Positions 1-15,110 of a DNA stretch of 64,000 nt are shown piece after piece; positions within the stretch are counted from its first letter, which is position 1, and every line of letters begins with the position of its first letter. The position numbers and the translations under genes were made by a program. The DNA is taken from NCBI RefSeq assembly GCF_006345805.1, contig NC_043000.1, positions 135,594,001 to 135,658,000 on the forward strand, given 5' to 3'. The notes beneath the pieces are model-generated. The model saw nothing but the letters and a program-made list of their open reading frames with translations, did not search any database and was not told where the DNA came from. The DNA is from Octopus sinensis (Eukaryota).

Positions 1-3000
1 TATTTCATCTATGTTATATTAAGATGAATTTCATAAAGCTCTAAATCGCGGAACACCGCTGAAATCTCCATTTTCATGTCGTATATCTCAGGTGAATAAA
101 CTTCGCGAGATTCATCCCGCGAGATTTCATAACTGAAAGTAGAGCTGAACTCAGTATTGTAAAAAGACAAAACATTTGTCAAATCTAGTGTTATTACTGA
201 TTATATCGTAAATTGTTACTGTCCTAAAGTGTCTATGAGCAACATAGCGGACAGAATCATTTCGAAGTGAAATATATTTGCTGTTGACATCAAAGTTACT
301 CCTGTGACAAGATCCAAATTACCGATTTCAACTACTCATGCTTTCTTGCTTATAATGTTATTTACGAAAAATAAAAGCTGTGACCATTAAATTCAGATAC
401 AAACATTAACGAGGAAATCTCCACATAGTCGCCCAATCTGCTAGAAATAGTAATCAAATCTCTTTCCCTTGAAAAAGAAAAATGAAGAAAGAAGATATTG
501 GACAGTGAAGTCTTGGGTACACAATACTTGCTTGAGAAATTACAGGAAGATCACGGCTGGAGTACCACTGAGCATAGGTTTGCGCAATCAGAACTAGTCC
601 CGTGCTACATAGAAACAGCAACATTGACTCGAAACACATCTATAACAACATGAGTTATCTAGGTCAGTGCTACGTAGTGGCTTGATACGAAAGATATAGC
701 AGTCAAGCTTTCTTTAAATCGTACGATATTATTTTAAGGGGGCAGTCTAAGATACACTGGCTGAAAAAAAGAAAAGCAATGTGATGGTTTTGCTAGAACG
801 CTTTTGTTCAATCACTGCTTCTGGTTCGGAGCCATCTAGATCTAAGCAACAACAACAGAAACAACAATTCATGTGATGGTGTTGCGTTTACGCACATAAG
901 CTCATTGGGCCGCATTCAGCGAAAGAGCACTCTACTAATTGGCATTCAATCACTAACTGATACGCTCAGCCCTCTAACCAACACGTAGTTTCCTCTCTCT
1001 CTCTCTGCTTAGGAAAGGAACAAACCCAAAAATTTCTGCAAAAGTGAGAATGATACTTAGTTCAAATAAATTACGACCCTGAAACAAACTAACATCTTCA
1101 TAGAAAAACAGGAATCATTATAAGTCTTACATTAGTACACTTTATCACTTTAGCGTACTATACTATCCTCACACCCTCGGGATCTAGGCCAGTTACACGG
1201 TTTTCATGGCGTATATTAGACCAAGGTCACAAAATTTCCCTCTGAACGAGACGTCGGTCCGTTGCAGAGCTCCAGATCAGCAATTTTTGAGAGAAGAGCA
1301 CAAATTGATTACATCAACCCCTGTACTTGACCGGTACTTATTTTATCGACCCCAGCAAAGTTGAACTCGGTGGGATTTGAACTCAGAATGTAAAGAGTCG
1401 TAATGAGATCCTTCAAGGAGGGATCCCAGAATGGCCCTAGTCCAAGGATTGAAACAAGTAATAGATAAAAAATACCGTTCCAAAGTTAGAGAACTGAATT
1501 TGGATCAGTGGTTGTCAATGTTTTTTTGTTTACAGACACAGTTTTACCTGTTCCGTTCTTGTAAAATCCTTACCGCCCCCATCTTAACACATTACATGTA
1601 ATGAATTTTTATGTAACACCCTCAAATGCCCGCTAATGCTCACCATCCTCTTCTAATATCTAAAGGGAGTATTTTAGCTCCATTTCAGAAACACTGATGA
1701 AGACTAAGGGAAATCTTGGCATATCTGAGTAAATGGGAAATTTTCACACTCCGACTAAATATGGAATTTCAAAATCCAATTAAGGTGTGATTGTAATCGT
1801 GGTATTTGCTTAAGACAAAAGAACGACCGAATTTGAAACTCAAATAAGCAAGATAGTTAAAGGGAGGATCCATAAGAATGTCCTGCGCAAAGGAGAAACT
1901 AGATCGGAAAATCTACTCTGTTGTATATTTTCCTCATGACACCCTAGTATGTTCTGGTCAACAATAATCTACTGCAATATATAATAAATTGTTTGCCAAA
2001 AGCACAGCATGAAGAGAAAAACAAAACAAGTTACTATAGTAGTGAGATGTGTTAAATACATTCGTCTGTAAGTTTGTATGTATTCATGTATGTATTTTTA
2101 AAATATATATAATCGAAAGACCAATCACTGTTATTGATTTCGCTCGTACACCTAATTTTTTTTAAAATTCCCCAAGTTATTATTTATTTCTAAAGAAGAC
2201 ATCTAAGTTAGGCATTTTTAGTGATTCCATTCTCCTTCGAATGCAAGACTCGTGCAATTAATTACCTCCCCTGTTTTTTTTTTCTTTCTTTCTAAATCGT
2301 CCTGTTATTTTATGCTGGATTACATGGCTAATCGACAGAGTTATTTACGAGGTGTAAGATATATATATATATATATATACTATTTATATGTATGGCTATC
2401 TAGAAAATCTAATCGGCTGTAGTTTACGTCTGAAGTGTAACTAGTATGATTAAGCACATGATACATCACAAACATACTCAGTCGTTACCAAATCATTCAC
2501 TTACACACACATCCATCCACCCACACCATTCGGTGCAGAACTACTATGGCCACTCGTGTAATATGTCACACGTGTAGAAAATATAATCCATTACTGTCGC
2601 TTGTTGATATAACAACTCAATTATGCCAACTAAGCCTTGTGTGACAGGCTGGGAAATGGCATACCCTACCTTATTAAATTGAAAACTAGTTCTAAAATTG
2701 ACTTCTGCCATATATAATAGCTTTAACTATCTGCCGTATATCCAGTATTAAGAAAACTTTTAAGTAAATTTAAGGAAATAAAGATATCAACATATTTGGG
2801 ATCCAGTAACGTCTCATACAATCAAAGAAAAGTTCGGAGTATATCTTTAATGTATAATAAACTTAAAATTTTGCTTTATTATTCGGTTTATCTTCATGAT
2901 AATCCTAGTGGGAAATTTCTCTAATTGTGGTTATGAGTAATGATATAATCAACTTTATCCAAGATGTTCATTTTTAATATAGTTAAATGTGGGAAACTTT

Positions 3001-5721
3001 CTATATGTTGAGAAGGTAATAAGTCGATTGACTGTTTGAAATATTGGTCGACTGTTTCTGGAACTTTGAATAAAATTATCAGTGAATTGTCTATGCAATA
3101 TGGCGGTATTAATTTTTGACAATACTGCAAGAGATCTTAGTACAAAGCATTTTCTCTGTTGTGCAGTCATAAACAGCTCGCTGTTAACATTTATTGACAA
3201 CTGTGTGAACAGGAGCTGCAAGGCTTAAATTTCTATATTTGTGATACAGTTCAACGGTATTATATTGTGCGAAATATGGAATTCGCCGGATTGTCTGCAA
3301 TACTACTGACTCGATTAGATGCACCGCAACTGGTATAGAGTTATCTCATTCATGAAATTCCTCAAATTCTACATTAAAAAATTCTGAATATTCATTATTT
3401 TCCTGCTTCTGTAAGTTATTCAGCAGCAGTTAATGTGTTCAGGTTTCGAATGAGAAACTTAAGTTTACATCCTCTACACAGAAATATCTATCTTCAAACA
3501 ATGCTTGAATCTATACAGTAAAATGCGTGTAGATATAATGCTCTCATAGTCGTTAACCTGTGTTCCATATAAAGCCATTTGGGGGAAAGGGGGATAAATT
3601 CATCGAAAAAGAGAAGCTTGTTACTGTACATGAAGAAAGTTCATAGACTTTGGAAGGTAATATTTAAGACTTCTTTTAAATCCCAATTCAATATAATATA
3701 CTATACGGTAAATTGGTAGATGTGGTGTAAAGACGGACAAAATACCTTATGGTATTTAGTTACGTCCCTTCATACTCCGTCTTCAAATTTCACAGAATTT
3801 TTAATTCTCCCGGTTTCGACTAAATAAGTAACTGATTCCAAGGTATTCGACTGTTTCTTCCCTGAAAATATATGGCTTTATATCTATGTTATATACACAA
3901 ATTTCTAAGTCATTGTGTTGAGAACAAGTCGAGTATAGAATATACCTTTCAACCAGTTGTATTGCTGATAGTTAATAATTAATTATAATAGTGCACATTG
4001 TTAATTAACTAATCTTTCACTAGACATAAATGTCTAAGTATAATGCATAAGTTATGTGCATAAATAAACAAAAGTAACTAATATATTCTCTACAGAGACC
4101 ATCATCCTATTTAATGCTAATAAATACACGCCTGGTGCTTTAAGCGAAAGCATGTACTTGTTCATACAACTTCTAAGCACTCTATCAAATATGAGCTTTT
4201 ATTATTATTTTTTTTTGTGTGTCATAGTTATATTTAGATATATTTCTACTTATATAATCGGTCAGCTAAGTACAGTTTACAGTAAACAAAAATTGTAGTC
4301 AGATTGCTAACGATAAAAATATTTGGAATATGGTTACTGTAAGCTGTAATTATTATCACTTGGAAAAGATAACTTATATTGTATTACAAAAATAACCATA
4401 TAACCATAGGCACTAAAAAATCCTCCGAACCATGTTGCACTGGGTAGATAATGCTGAACTTTAGTCAGTTATGAAATACAAAAATAACATGATTTTATGG
4501 TTTATGAGAGCCATTATGACATGGGGAAAAAAGGCATTGAGCCACGGGAAATGACAACGTGCCCAGTGGCACGTATTTGAACAATAAAGGATGATTGAGC
4601 CTATATTATGTAACTCATAAGACAAATTCTTGATTTATCTAAATCATCTCCACTTCCAGAGTAGATAGTTCAGTGGCTTGGTGGCAGTTGGTACCAACTC
4701 CAAATAACGACGGGAGATAATCTACAGAATTCTCCACAATTGATAACCCACTAAATAAGAAAAAAATGTCCGGACACAAGATGACATCTGTGGATACGTG
4801 TTTCTGCCTCACTAGGTGTTGAATGTTTATGTATATACTTATACATATTCATATCTATATGCAACAACTCTGAGACAACATGAAACTAATACTGGAGAGA
4901 ATATTTTTAGCATGTTTCTATGGCTAAGATGTTCGTTTAGTAAGCATGTGGGTCAGTTTCATTCCAGTAATGCAAAATCTCAAGCAAATATCCCCTACAA
5001 CAACCTCACATTATCAGTATCTTGCGAGTGCAATATAGAGCACGTAAAAAAGAGAAGTCTATGATACATTTATATGCGCCAGTATCACGACATAAACAAT
5101 AGACATTCATGTCTGTTGTCTATGTTGTGTCTTTTATAGTCCAACAAGATGTATATGTGTTTACATATATGTGTGTCTATGAATACATCTTTGTGGCTTA
5201 AAGTATAAAGGTAGTTTTAATATCATACAAGATTTATTGAAACCATCTCAACTGTCATAGAAATGAAGGTGAACAATTGCCTAGGGATTATTAGGACCAA
5301 CACCAAGTGAGAAGCAGAAGCCATTTCACGAACCAAGTATTCACCAAAATTAACTTACTATTAAAGAAAAGACGGTCTATATGTCTGGCGGCAAAAACCA
5401 CTTGTAACACGTATTTCTGCCTCCTTACGCATCGTCAGCACGGCAGCTGTCATACCATGTCTCCAGCAGACAAAAATGGGTAGAACAGACATATGTGGCT
5501 AAAGGGATCTGCTTAATATAAACGAAAATAGCGTAAGAGAAATAACTCAGAATGGTGAGTGGTATATATTTAGTTAAACAATAGAAACGAATGAGGGTCT
5601 ATCAAATACCTTACAATCTAAATTATATGATAACTTTATATTGTTCCAGAAGAACCTATCTAGTTTGGTAACCAATATATTTTTACGACTATGTTGATCA
5701 AATTTATGTCACTTTATATAC

Positions 5722-5946
<225 letters not shown>

Positions 5947-6099
5947 AATTACTTCGGTCTCTGCATTGTTTCGTTTTAATCCTTTACTTCATAACAGAAC
6001 ATTATCTATAGATCTTTAAATCAATGTGTATTTGTATATGTATATATGCGTGTCCACTTGCATGTGTGTGCTTGTGTGAGTTTATATGTATATGTATGT

Positions 6100-6468
6100 T
6101 CACACACACACACACATACACAGATACACACACACACTCTCTCTCTCTCTCTCATAGACACTGGCGCAAGCAGATATAAGTATACAGATACGCACACGTA
6201 TGGTACTGGATATACTCGTGCAAACCAGACAGAGATTGAATGTACGTTAGCTAATTTTATTTATTTATTCATTTATTGGAAACTGACTCCTTTTCTTGGG
6301 TACTCTGAGTTTCAAGTTTCTAACCGTAATGTCGGTAAAGACGTACAGACAATACACTCTATGCCCACTATCACACACACTCACACACTTGCACAAATGC
6401 GCACACATTTATATGTGCGTGTATGTGTGTGTGTGTGTGTCTTTCTCCGTGTGCTTGCGTGTGTATGA

Positions 6469-6505
<37 letters not shown>

Positions 6506-6653
6506 GTGTGTGTGTGTGTGGATGTTTGTATGTGGTGTGTGTGGTGTGTTTGTGTATATATAAAAATATATATAGATAGACAGATACACACATACATCAT
6601 ATACACACACACAAACACACACAGAAACACACACACACAACACACACACACAC

Positions 6654-6714
<61 letters not shown>

Positions 6715-6790
6715 GCGTGTGCATGTGTGGATGTAAGCAAGTGTGTGGTATATAGTGTATATAGTGCATGTATATATATATACATATGCT
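6100..6790. repeat. Compound CA/TA/GT microsatellite block
   Basis: Direct reading. Confidence 0.9.
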
Positions 6791-7357
6791 CTGAATAGAT
6801 TAGAAAAATAATATATATCAACTTAACATATCACTATCAAGTATTTAAGTAAAGATTAATCCTCAGATACTGCTGTACGATCTGATACTCTATTCTCTGG
6901 TAAACTGAGATCAAAAGGTTTTATCATGCAACAGAGACTGTGAAATCAAAACGCCGTTAGAAATTAAAATAAGGTTAAACTTATTAAATTTAGATATAGT
7001 CTTACTTAAGCAATGTCTCGATATGTGTTTCCAGTATTTCATTTCTTTTTAGTTTCTTGTATGTTTTTAATTTTTTGTTTTTTAATTTTATTTTCTTATT
7101 AATAATTTCTAGTCCCAGTTTTCATGCTAGTTTTCTTCTCATGCTCATTGATATATATATATACATATAAAACCCCGCTGTGATTCTTGTTGTTTGTTCT
7201 TGTGGTGTCGTTTCATTGGTCACCCTTGTGGCAAGTTATGAAGCTGTTTTATAGTCCCCACTTTCTCGGCCCTCTGCCGTTCTCATATGATCTTGCGTAT
7301 GTACATACATATGGACATATAAATATATGTATGTGCATATATATATATATATATATA

Positions 7358-7419
<62 letters not shown>

Positions 7420-8049
7420 GTATGTGTGTGTACTTAATGTATTTTTGTTTGACTCGAACTTAAACCATTTTTGCAAATAGGCACAAAAATATATAAAGTA
7501 TACAAAACCCTTTTCTGAATAATAACTTACAATACATATAATACTCGATGTTGGTGTCACATTAAGTCACACGAAGGGGAATAACTAAACTATTGAACGT
7601 TTATCGCTTGGTTATTATAGACTGCCATTTTTATGGCGAATAACATTGGGAATATAGTTTTCCTGTCGTAGGTAATTTGAGGAAGTGTTACGTCTGCAAT
7701 TAGTTGACAGTCAAACGGAAAATTGTTGCTGATATCATATATTTATTAGAAATATATAGATGAGAAATTAATTAAATTTAATTAAAATTTAATTCAATGA
7801 AGATCTTTACAAAATTTGTGCAGTTTCATTAATTTGTAGAAGTACAATGAAATATGAAATAAAAATTATATTAATACTTATTCTACTGAAGTATAACTGT
7901 CTCATGTTAAACACAGTGGAAAGAGATATATGAGTGTATTAGCAATATCACCTGATATATGACAGGTAAACTCATGTACATAAATCGTTAATAAATATGT
8001 CTAGCTATTTGCTTCTCTTGGCATTTGTAGACGTCTTTTACTCACGTTC

Positions 8050-8190
8050 ATGATGTATGCACACATACAGATATATAAATACATATATAACAATATATAC
8101 ATACACATATAAATACATATACAACAATATATATACAATATATACAACATATACAACAATATATGTATATATATATATATATATGTATGC

Positions 8191-8225
<35 letters not shown>

Positions 8226-8361
8226 ATATATATATGTATATACATATATATATATACTTATATGTATATGTATATACATACATATATATGTATATATATT
8301 ATATATATATATATAATATATATATATAATATATACATATAGATATATATTATGTACTGTT

Positions 8362-8418
<57 letters not shown>

Positions 8419-8420
8419 AG
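8050..8420. repeat. TA-rich microsatellite block
   Basis: Direct reading. Confidence 0.9.
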
Positions 8421-8519
8421 ATCTTTGCTCCCAACTAAAAGGAGGAAAACGAAAGATGAGGGCAAAAGCAAAAATTCAAAGATGTTTTGAAAGTCAATTT
8501 TAAGAAATATAAAATGGAC

Positions 8520-8720
8520 ACCGACGACCGGGAGACAAATGCTCACGATCGAGAACGTTGAAGAAGCATGATTAAAGAGAGACTAACAAATTTTGAGACA
8601 CTAGGACTGCCGAACAAGAAGAAAAGAAGAGCCGGAACCATTTGCCCTACTTGTGGCAGGAACTTCCGAGCAAGAATTGGACTCGTCAATCGCTCAATCG
8701 ATCATAACCGATGAATAACT
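8520..8720 (+). mobile_element. RTE (BovB-like) 3' fragment
   Basis: ...SMIKERLTNFE...TICPTCGRNFRARIGLV, the C-terminal Cys motif typical of BovB-like RTEs. Confidence 0.6.
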
Positions 8721-9283
8721 ACATAAGAAAAACAAAACAAAAAATATAAAATAAATAAAAAAAAATCCAATGATCTCGATGGATAACCGCGATGCCAATG
8801 TATACATAAATACAAAAGAATACAAATGGGGTTTGAAATTTTTCACAGCTGTTTCGGTAGAATTTTATTGAAGTATTCATGGATAAGAAGATAAAATTTT
8901 GGTTGGATTCTTCATCAGCAAGTTATTACCTCACCTGTTCATCCTTTTTTAAAATTTTACCTGAAGATGGTGGATTACATGTTTTGATGTAATGTGTAAA
9001 TTCATCAATAATATTTTACTGAAACATGCCGTATATGTTAAACCCTCATTTGTGCTCTTTTTTATGGCTACGCCGTATTCAGAACCAGCTCTGAGTCAGA
9101 TCTACGGCTTAAATTGGATTTGGTAAGTACATATCTAAAGTATCCTACCAACATCCGAACTTTATGTTCTTGTATCTAGCCATTTCTCGATCCCTCAGTA
9201 TGTTCATATGGTGATATATGTATTGAATCCTATATGTGTGTATGTGTGTGTGTATACATATATGTGTATATGTATATATATAC

Positions 9284-9380
<97 letters not shown>

Positions 9381-9690
9381 GAACTGGGACAACGTGAAGT
9401 CCGGCGTGAGGGATGTCATCGTAGAATATACACGCAGCAAGTTTAGATGGGCTGGACACGTCGCCCGGGTCAACGATAATCGGTGAACCCACGCAGTTGT
9501 CGAGTGGTACCCGCGCGAGCGGAAACGACCACTCCGAAGTCCTCCACGACGGTGGAGTTACGATTTCAGGAGGGCGATTGGGATCCCGTGGATGAGGAAG
9601 GCGCGATCCAGAGAGGAGTGGACAGCGTGCTGTGACCAGCGGTGACAATTGGACGCCCGACGGACTGGTCGGTCAAGTTGATCAAGGTGA
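9381..9690 (+). mobile_element. GC-rich RTE-clade LINE 3' end inserted in (TA)n
   Basis: KFRWAGHVARVNDNR*THAVVEWYPRERKRPLRSPPRRW. Confidence 0.85.
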
Positions 9691-9728
9691 TATATATATA
9701 TATATATATATATATTTATTTATAGTTA

Positions 9729-10048
9729 TAGGATCACCTTCATGACCCTCTTCGGCATAAAAGACCATAGGATTGCACCGAGAAAGTTCCCCTCCCAGGC
9801 ACAAGTCCGAGCAAGGTTATTTTTTAAGGAAGACTCGCAGTCGCCCACGTAAACTAGGCTCCCCTCTCTACGCCATCGACGGAAAGGCAAAGGTCGATAC
9901 AGCTTGGCATCAGCGTCGTCGAAACTCATTTCTACAGCTGAGTGAAATGGGACAACGTGAAATAAAGTGTCTTGCTCAAGAATACAACACTCAGCCCGGT
10001 CCAGGAATCGAAATCCCTACTTCAAAATTGTAATCCGACGCCATGCAC
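9729..10048 (-). mobile_element. tRNA-derived SINE family D (C-like head, different tail)
   Basis: Reverse strand TTTCGATTCCTGG..TTGAGCAAGACACTTTATTTCACG; second copy at 45079-45339. Confidence 0.75.
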
Positions 10049-10133
10049 TTTCACACACACATACACACACAGATACAAACATACATACATACATACATAC
10101 ATACATACATACATACATACATACATACATACA

Positions 10134-10363
10134 AAGGTGGCGAGCTGGCAGAAACGTTAGCACGCCGGGCGAAATGCGTAACCGTATTTCGTCTGCCGCT
10201 ACGTTCTGAGTTCAAATTCCGCCGAGGTCGACTTCGTCTTTCATCCTTTCGGGGTCGATAAATTAAGTACCCGTTACGCACTGGGGTCGATGTAATCGAC
10301 TTAATACCTATGTCTGTCCTTGTTTGTCTCTCTATGTTTAGCCCCTTGTGGGTAATAAAGAAA
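10134..10363 (+). mobile_element. tRNA-derived SINE family B
   Basis: TGGCGAGCTGGCAGAA..GAGTTCAAATTCCGCCGAGGTCGAC..TTTCATCCTTTCGGGGTCGATAAATTAAGTACC..GCCCCTTGTGGG. Confidence 0.9.
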
Positions 10364-10616
10364 CACATACATACATACATACATACACACATATATATAT
10401 AGTAAATCCTCCTGAAAAAATGAAGAACAAACACAAAAAAACAACAACGTGAGGACGTAGTACATGCAAAATCTTACCAGACGGTCATGGAAGGAAAGAA
10501 AGTTAGTTTGATTTTTCGGGCAAGAAATAGGAGACGGAGTAAAGTCCAAGAGAAAAGAAAAACGGAGAAAAAAATCGCCAGCGATCCACATGTGGTTACA
10601 TTTTGAAATGTGTGTA

Positions 10617-10652
<36 letters not shown>

Positions 10653-10656
<4 letters not shown>

Positions 10657-11053
10657 TGTCTGGTAAGTAGCTTGCTTACCAACCACATGGTTCTGGGTTC
10701 AGTCCCACTATGTGGCACCTTGGGCAAGTGTCTTCTACTATAGCCTCGGGCCGACCAAAGCCTTGTGAGTGGATTTGGTAGACGGAAACTTAAGGAAGCC
10801 CGTCGTATATATTATATATATATATATATATATGTATGCGTGTGTATATGTTTGTGTGTCTGTGTTTGTCCTCCCAGCATCGCTTGACAACCGATGCTGG
10901 TGTGTTTACGTCCCCGTAACTTAGCGGTTCGGCAAAAGAGACTGATTGAATAAGTACTGGGCTAACAAAGAATAAGTCATGGAGGTCGATTTCCTCGACT
11001 AAAGTTGGTGCTCCAGCATGGTCGCAGTCAAATGACTGAAACAAGTAAATAAG
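10653..11053 (+). mobile_element. tRNA-derived SINE family A, full length with an internal microsatellite
   Basis: Head GGCTG..TGGTAAGTAGCTTGC..GGGTTCAGTCCC; tail CCAGCATGG.CGCAGTCAAATGACTGAAAC; multiple copies in the window. Confidence 0.9.
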
Positions 11054-11081
11054 AATATATTACATATACATACATATATAA

Positions 11082-11164
<83 letters not shown>

Positions 11165-11473
11165 TATGTATGTATGTATGTATGTATGTATGTATGTATA
11201 TATAACCTTATTTTTGTTCCATTCTAAACTAAGCTGTCCGACGAACGGGAACTTGGAACTCTGAGTAACAGCTTTTGTGATATTTTTGCTGCTTCTTAAT
11301 AAAGTATATTACTCTAACTCTGGTATTCGAGTACCATTTTTTCCACCTTGTTTCGCATTTATGTGCTTACTCTGGTATATATATATATAATATATATATA
11401 TATAATATATATATATATACATGTATGTGTGTGTGTGTGCGTATCATATATCACACACACACACAAGCGCATG

Positions 11474-11507
<34 letters not shown>

Positions 11508-11760
11508 TATACACATTTGTAAGTGGCTTTTCCTGCACGAATATATGACAAGCGTTGCCTGCATTTGAAATATAAGTGAATACAAATAAATCTTATATTA
11601 ATATAAATTTCATCTTTATGAGAGACAGCTGGGAAGAGCGTACATACATGCTATATCTACCCTATTTCAATTATATGGTCTTGATTTTAAAATTCCATAC
11701 TCTTCTCTTTAAGTGCAAGTACTCGCCATAGATTTATAAATGTGTGTATGCGTGTGTATG

Positions 11761-11804
<44 letters not shown>

Positions 11805-13722
11805 GTATAACGTATATGTAGATGTATATATTTCTATGTGCAGCAAACATACTTATATGGTATTGAATAAGACATGGCCTGGTCTAAATCTGGGCTGAAA
11901 TATGTATATGCCTATGTATGTATTCAACACAGTTGTCCGACGAAGGGGAACGTGAAACCCTGAGTTACAGTTCTGTGATAATTTTGCAGCTTTAATAAAA
12001 GTATATGTATGCATATATATTTATATATGCACATATAAATGTTATATTAAACAGTGCTACCAGAAACAAATATATGATTGATAGATCGATAATAGATGCA
12101 TACATGTATTGAGTGTGTGTGTTTTCTTTTAGATACTTCTGTTGCATAAAATGTACTTGAAATATAGGAATATTTAATCAGTCATCAAAATATATTAACG
12201 AAATCTGATGAAATTTCTGTTGGTTTAGTAAGTTCTTCTGATACATAAATGGACCCAAACATACACGTACACACAGAGACGCACACGCACATGCATACCC
12301 ACGCACATACACGCATACTTACATACGTACAAGCACACACACACGCAATGCACATACATATACGCATACATGCTGTTGCATAAACAAATACTCCGAAACT
12401 AAAAGTGAAAGTACTTCCAAGAACATGGTTTTCCGACTGATTGCTGCTGTCAGGTGACTGATATATGTGCTGTTACATGAGATCTTGCTCCCTGTCCATA
12501 ATAAAATGTAATTTGCTTCATTTCTGAGATAAAGCTCACTAGTCTGTTTTGGAAAGGCAATTTTAGTATCTCAGTCACCTAGACTTAGAAATGTTGGATT
12601 TTAACGTTGGAATATCTGGGGAATCAGAACCAGGGAACAGAAGAAAGAAGAAAAAAGAAGACATGCACCCAACACCAGAGCTGAAGAAACCTCCGAAGGG
12701 AGGGAGGGGCACGTCAAAACGGTAGAGGAGTAGGGGCCGAAACCGGACGTGGTTCCTCCTGATGATGTCTTGAGCTAACTGGATCCCATAAAGGAGCTGT
12801 TGTGGTAGCAGACCACGAAACACGGTTGTAATTCCTCCTAACCAAAAAGATATCTTTCATACTCCTCTTTTTAATTTTTCTTTCTCTATTATGGAAAATT
12901 TGTACTAGGTAGCGCACATACATCCACGAAGAAGAAAGAGATAATTAATATGCTTATTGTACTAGGAAATTTCCATCTCCATAGAAAACCTGTGATGTTA
13001 CAATACAGACCTTGTAAGAACAAAATGATGAGCTGATAAAATTTGTCTATCGAAAATGTTACAATTGGGCTCAAGTGGAAGCTGTTTGGCTTTAGGGTAT
13101 GCGATTCTTGTCATCTGATCAATATATTGATTTCGTATGGCTTTTTCAGATCAAACCGAGATGAACAATATGATTAGTATATAAGAGAAAGAAAATCCCT
13201 AATATATCGTTAAATATACATTTACGTGGTTTTAAAGCTTTGTAAAGTAAAACTGCTTGAGTATTTTTCGTTTCGATTCGATTTCAAATTTTTACACACC
13301 CGAATTGCTGGTTTCTGTAACACACTGGTATATATTTTATTCCTGTATAAAGTAGTGATTGTCTACAATTTTAGTTGTATCAATAATATTTTTAAGACAA
13401 TATAATTCCTTAGTTTCTCTGTTCGTTTCTTTGGTGCCCTTATCTATAACTCCTTTTAGCATGTTTTGATTATGCGTTCGATTTTGTTCCATTGTTAAAG
13501 TTGGTAAAGGTATAACACTCGAGCAAATATCATGACAAGCGGAATAATATTGTAGAAAATGTCTTATATTGACTTGAGGCTACAAACTTTAGAAGGGATG
13601 GGGAGTCGATTTAACTGAGGCCACTACTTCATCACTACTGCATAATTCATACTTACTGCATGTCTTTCGGACGCATGTAAGGCAAAGTCGACGTCTCTCT
13701 GATTTAATTTAGAATTTACATG

Positions 13723-14374
13723 AAATCATACCCGACCGCCTTTAAAAATGATAACGTAGTCTAGAGTACACTATCTCTGAAAATAGGTCATAGCTGGAAC
13801 ACATTTGGCCATGGGTCACTTATGTTGTTTTTTGTGTAGCCCTAGAACTTACTTGAGATTACCCGACAATCACAACTACGACGTAGGTACAGAAGTAGAG
13901 TGAATAATAGTTATACCAAAATAGTTATCCGCTGGACTAAATGGGATTTAATGAAATCCCTTTCTATTCTGAATCAACTATTTTTCTTTTCTTAATTTTT
14001 CATCGATATTCTGGTGTACTTGCCGAATCTTTTGTTAAGGTATTTTAATCATAGTTCTGAAATATCTTTCATCACGATGAATTATATATTACCATCTACT
14101 AGTGTTGTAGATATAACCTTGTCCTTGAGCACCATATCTCTACCAGCAATCGTGCAGGGTAACAGTCTATACATGTTGCAACCCTTTAATTATTTACTCT
14201 ACTTCTGTACCTACGTCGTGGTTGTGATTGTCGGGTAATCTCAAGTAAGTTCTAGGGCTACACAAAAAATAACATAAGTGACCCATGGCCAAATGTGTTC
14301 CAGCTATGACCTATTTTCAGAGATAGTGTACTCTAGACTACGTTATCATTTTTAAAGGCGGTCGGGTATGATTT
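13723..14374. repeat. Inverted repeat, 186-bp arms (13723-13908 and 14189-14374), 280-bp spacer
   Basis: Arms pair with only about 3 mismatches seen. Confidence 0.9.
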
Positions 14375-14599
14375 GGGGGAGATTTGACGACTCTTTCTAG
14401 CAGGTCAAACGTCTAAGTGAAGCTCTGTTATTAGCTCAATGTGCCTGTTGATTCTAGAGGTGATTACAACTGAGCCAGCAAAGTGGGATCGCTCAGGGTG
14501 TGACACTTGCTGTTTCTCTTATCATAGGTGTTGTGGATCCCAGCATATTGTTTGAGGTTAATGAACTTATATTCCTGATTTGCATGAGTGCAGATGTTA

Positions 14600-15110
14600 C
14601 TTTTTTTGTATTTGTCTCCATAGACTAGGAAAGAATGTGTTTTGAAGATGTTGTATTGGCCCGATGTGATGCAAAATATGTACATTTGTTTGGGGCTGAT
14701 TGTGCAAGTAGTGACAAGGATTGTGAGGATAGATCTTGCTGCAAAAACAAACTATAATAATGTCTCTTAAGTCCAGTTTTGTATCTTAGATTTTTTCTGA
14801 CTTTTCTGCTCTTCATTAAGTTTTTTTTTCTTTATTTGCGCTTTTCTTCATGATTCCGTCAATTATGTTAATTCCTTTCAATAATTTAACGTGTTATATG
14901 GAAGTTTGATTCCTTTGAACTCAATCATTTTCTTTTTTACAATCATAACACACTTTCCAAATACTAGACTGTTTCCTAGAATTTCTTTTGAGTACACTCG
15001 CAGACATTACAGACTGTATCAAATATGATTCATGGCCAACATATGGTATCTTCCCACTTACACTACATTATCACCTCGTTCCTTCTATTGTATTATAGAG
15101 TCTGTAAGAA
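14600..15110 (-). mobile_element. Possible decayed LINE remnant
   Basis: Stop-riddled frame weakly resembling a CR1 C-terminus (LPYNTL..KELT, FVFAARSI). Confidence 0.25.

Noticed and set aside
2800-3330. Possible RT remnant
   Set aside because: No diagnostic motif found in any frame I read.
11232-11985. Two related segments (about 11235 and 11935) GTCCGACGAA.GGGAAC..GAA.C.CTGAGT.ACAG resembling hammerheads
   Set aside because: They lack CUGA and GAAA cores. They are probably repeat remnants but cannot be supported as ribozymes.
12575-13150. Coding-looking stretch containing CTGAAGA, CTGATGA and GAAAC motifs
   Set aside because: Stems and motif order do not give a valid hammerhead, and the frames contain stops. 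At best it is an unassignable LINE remnant.
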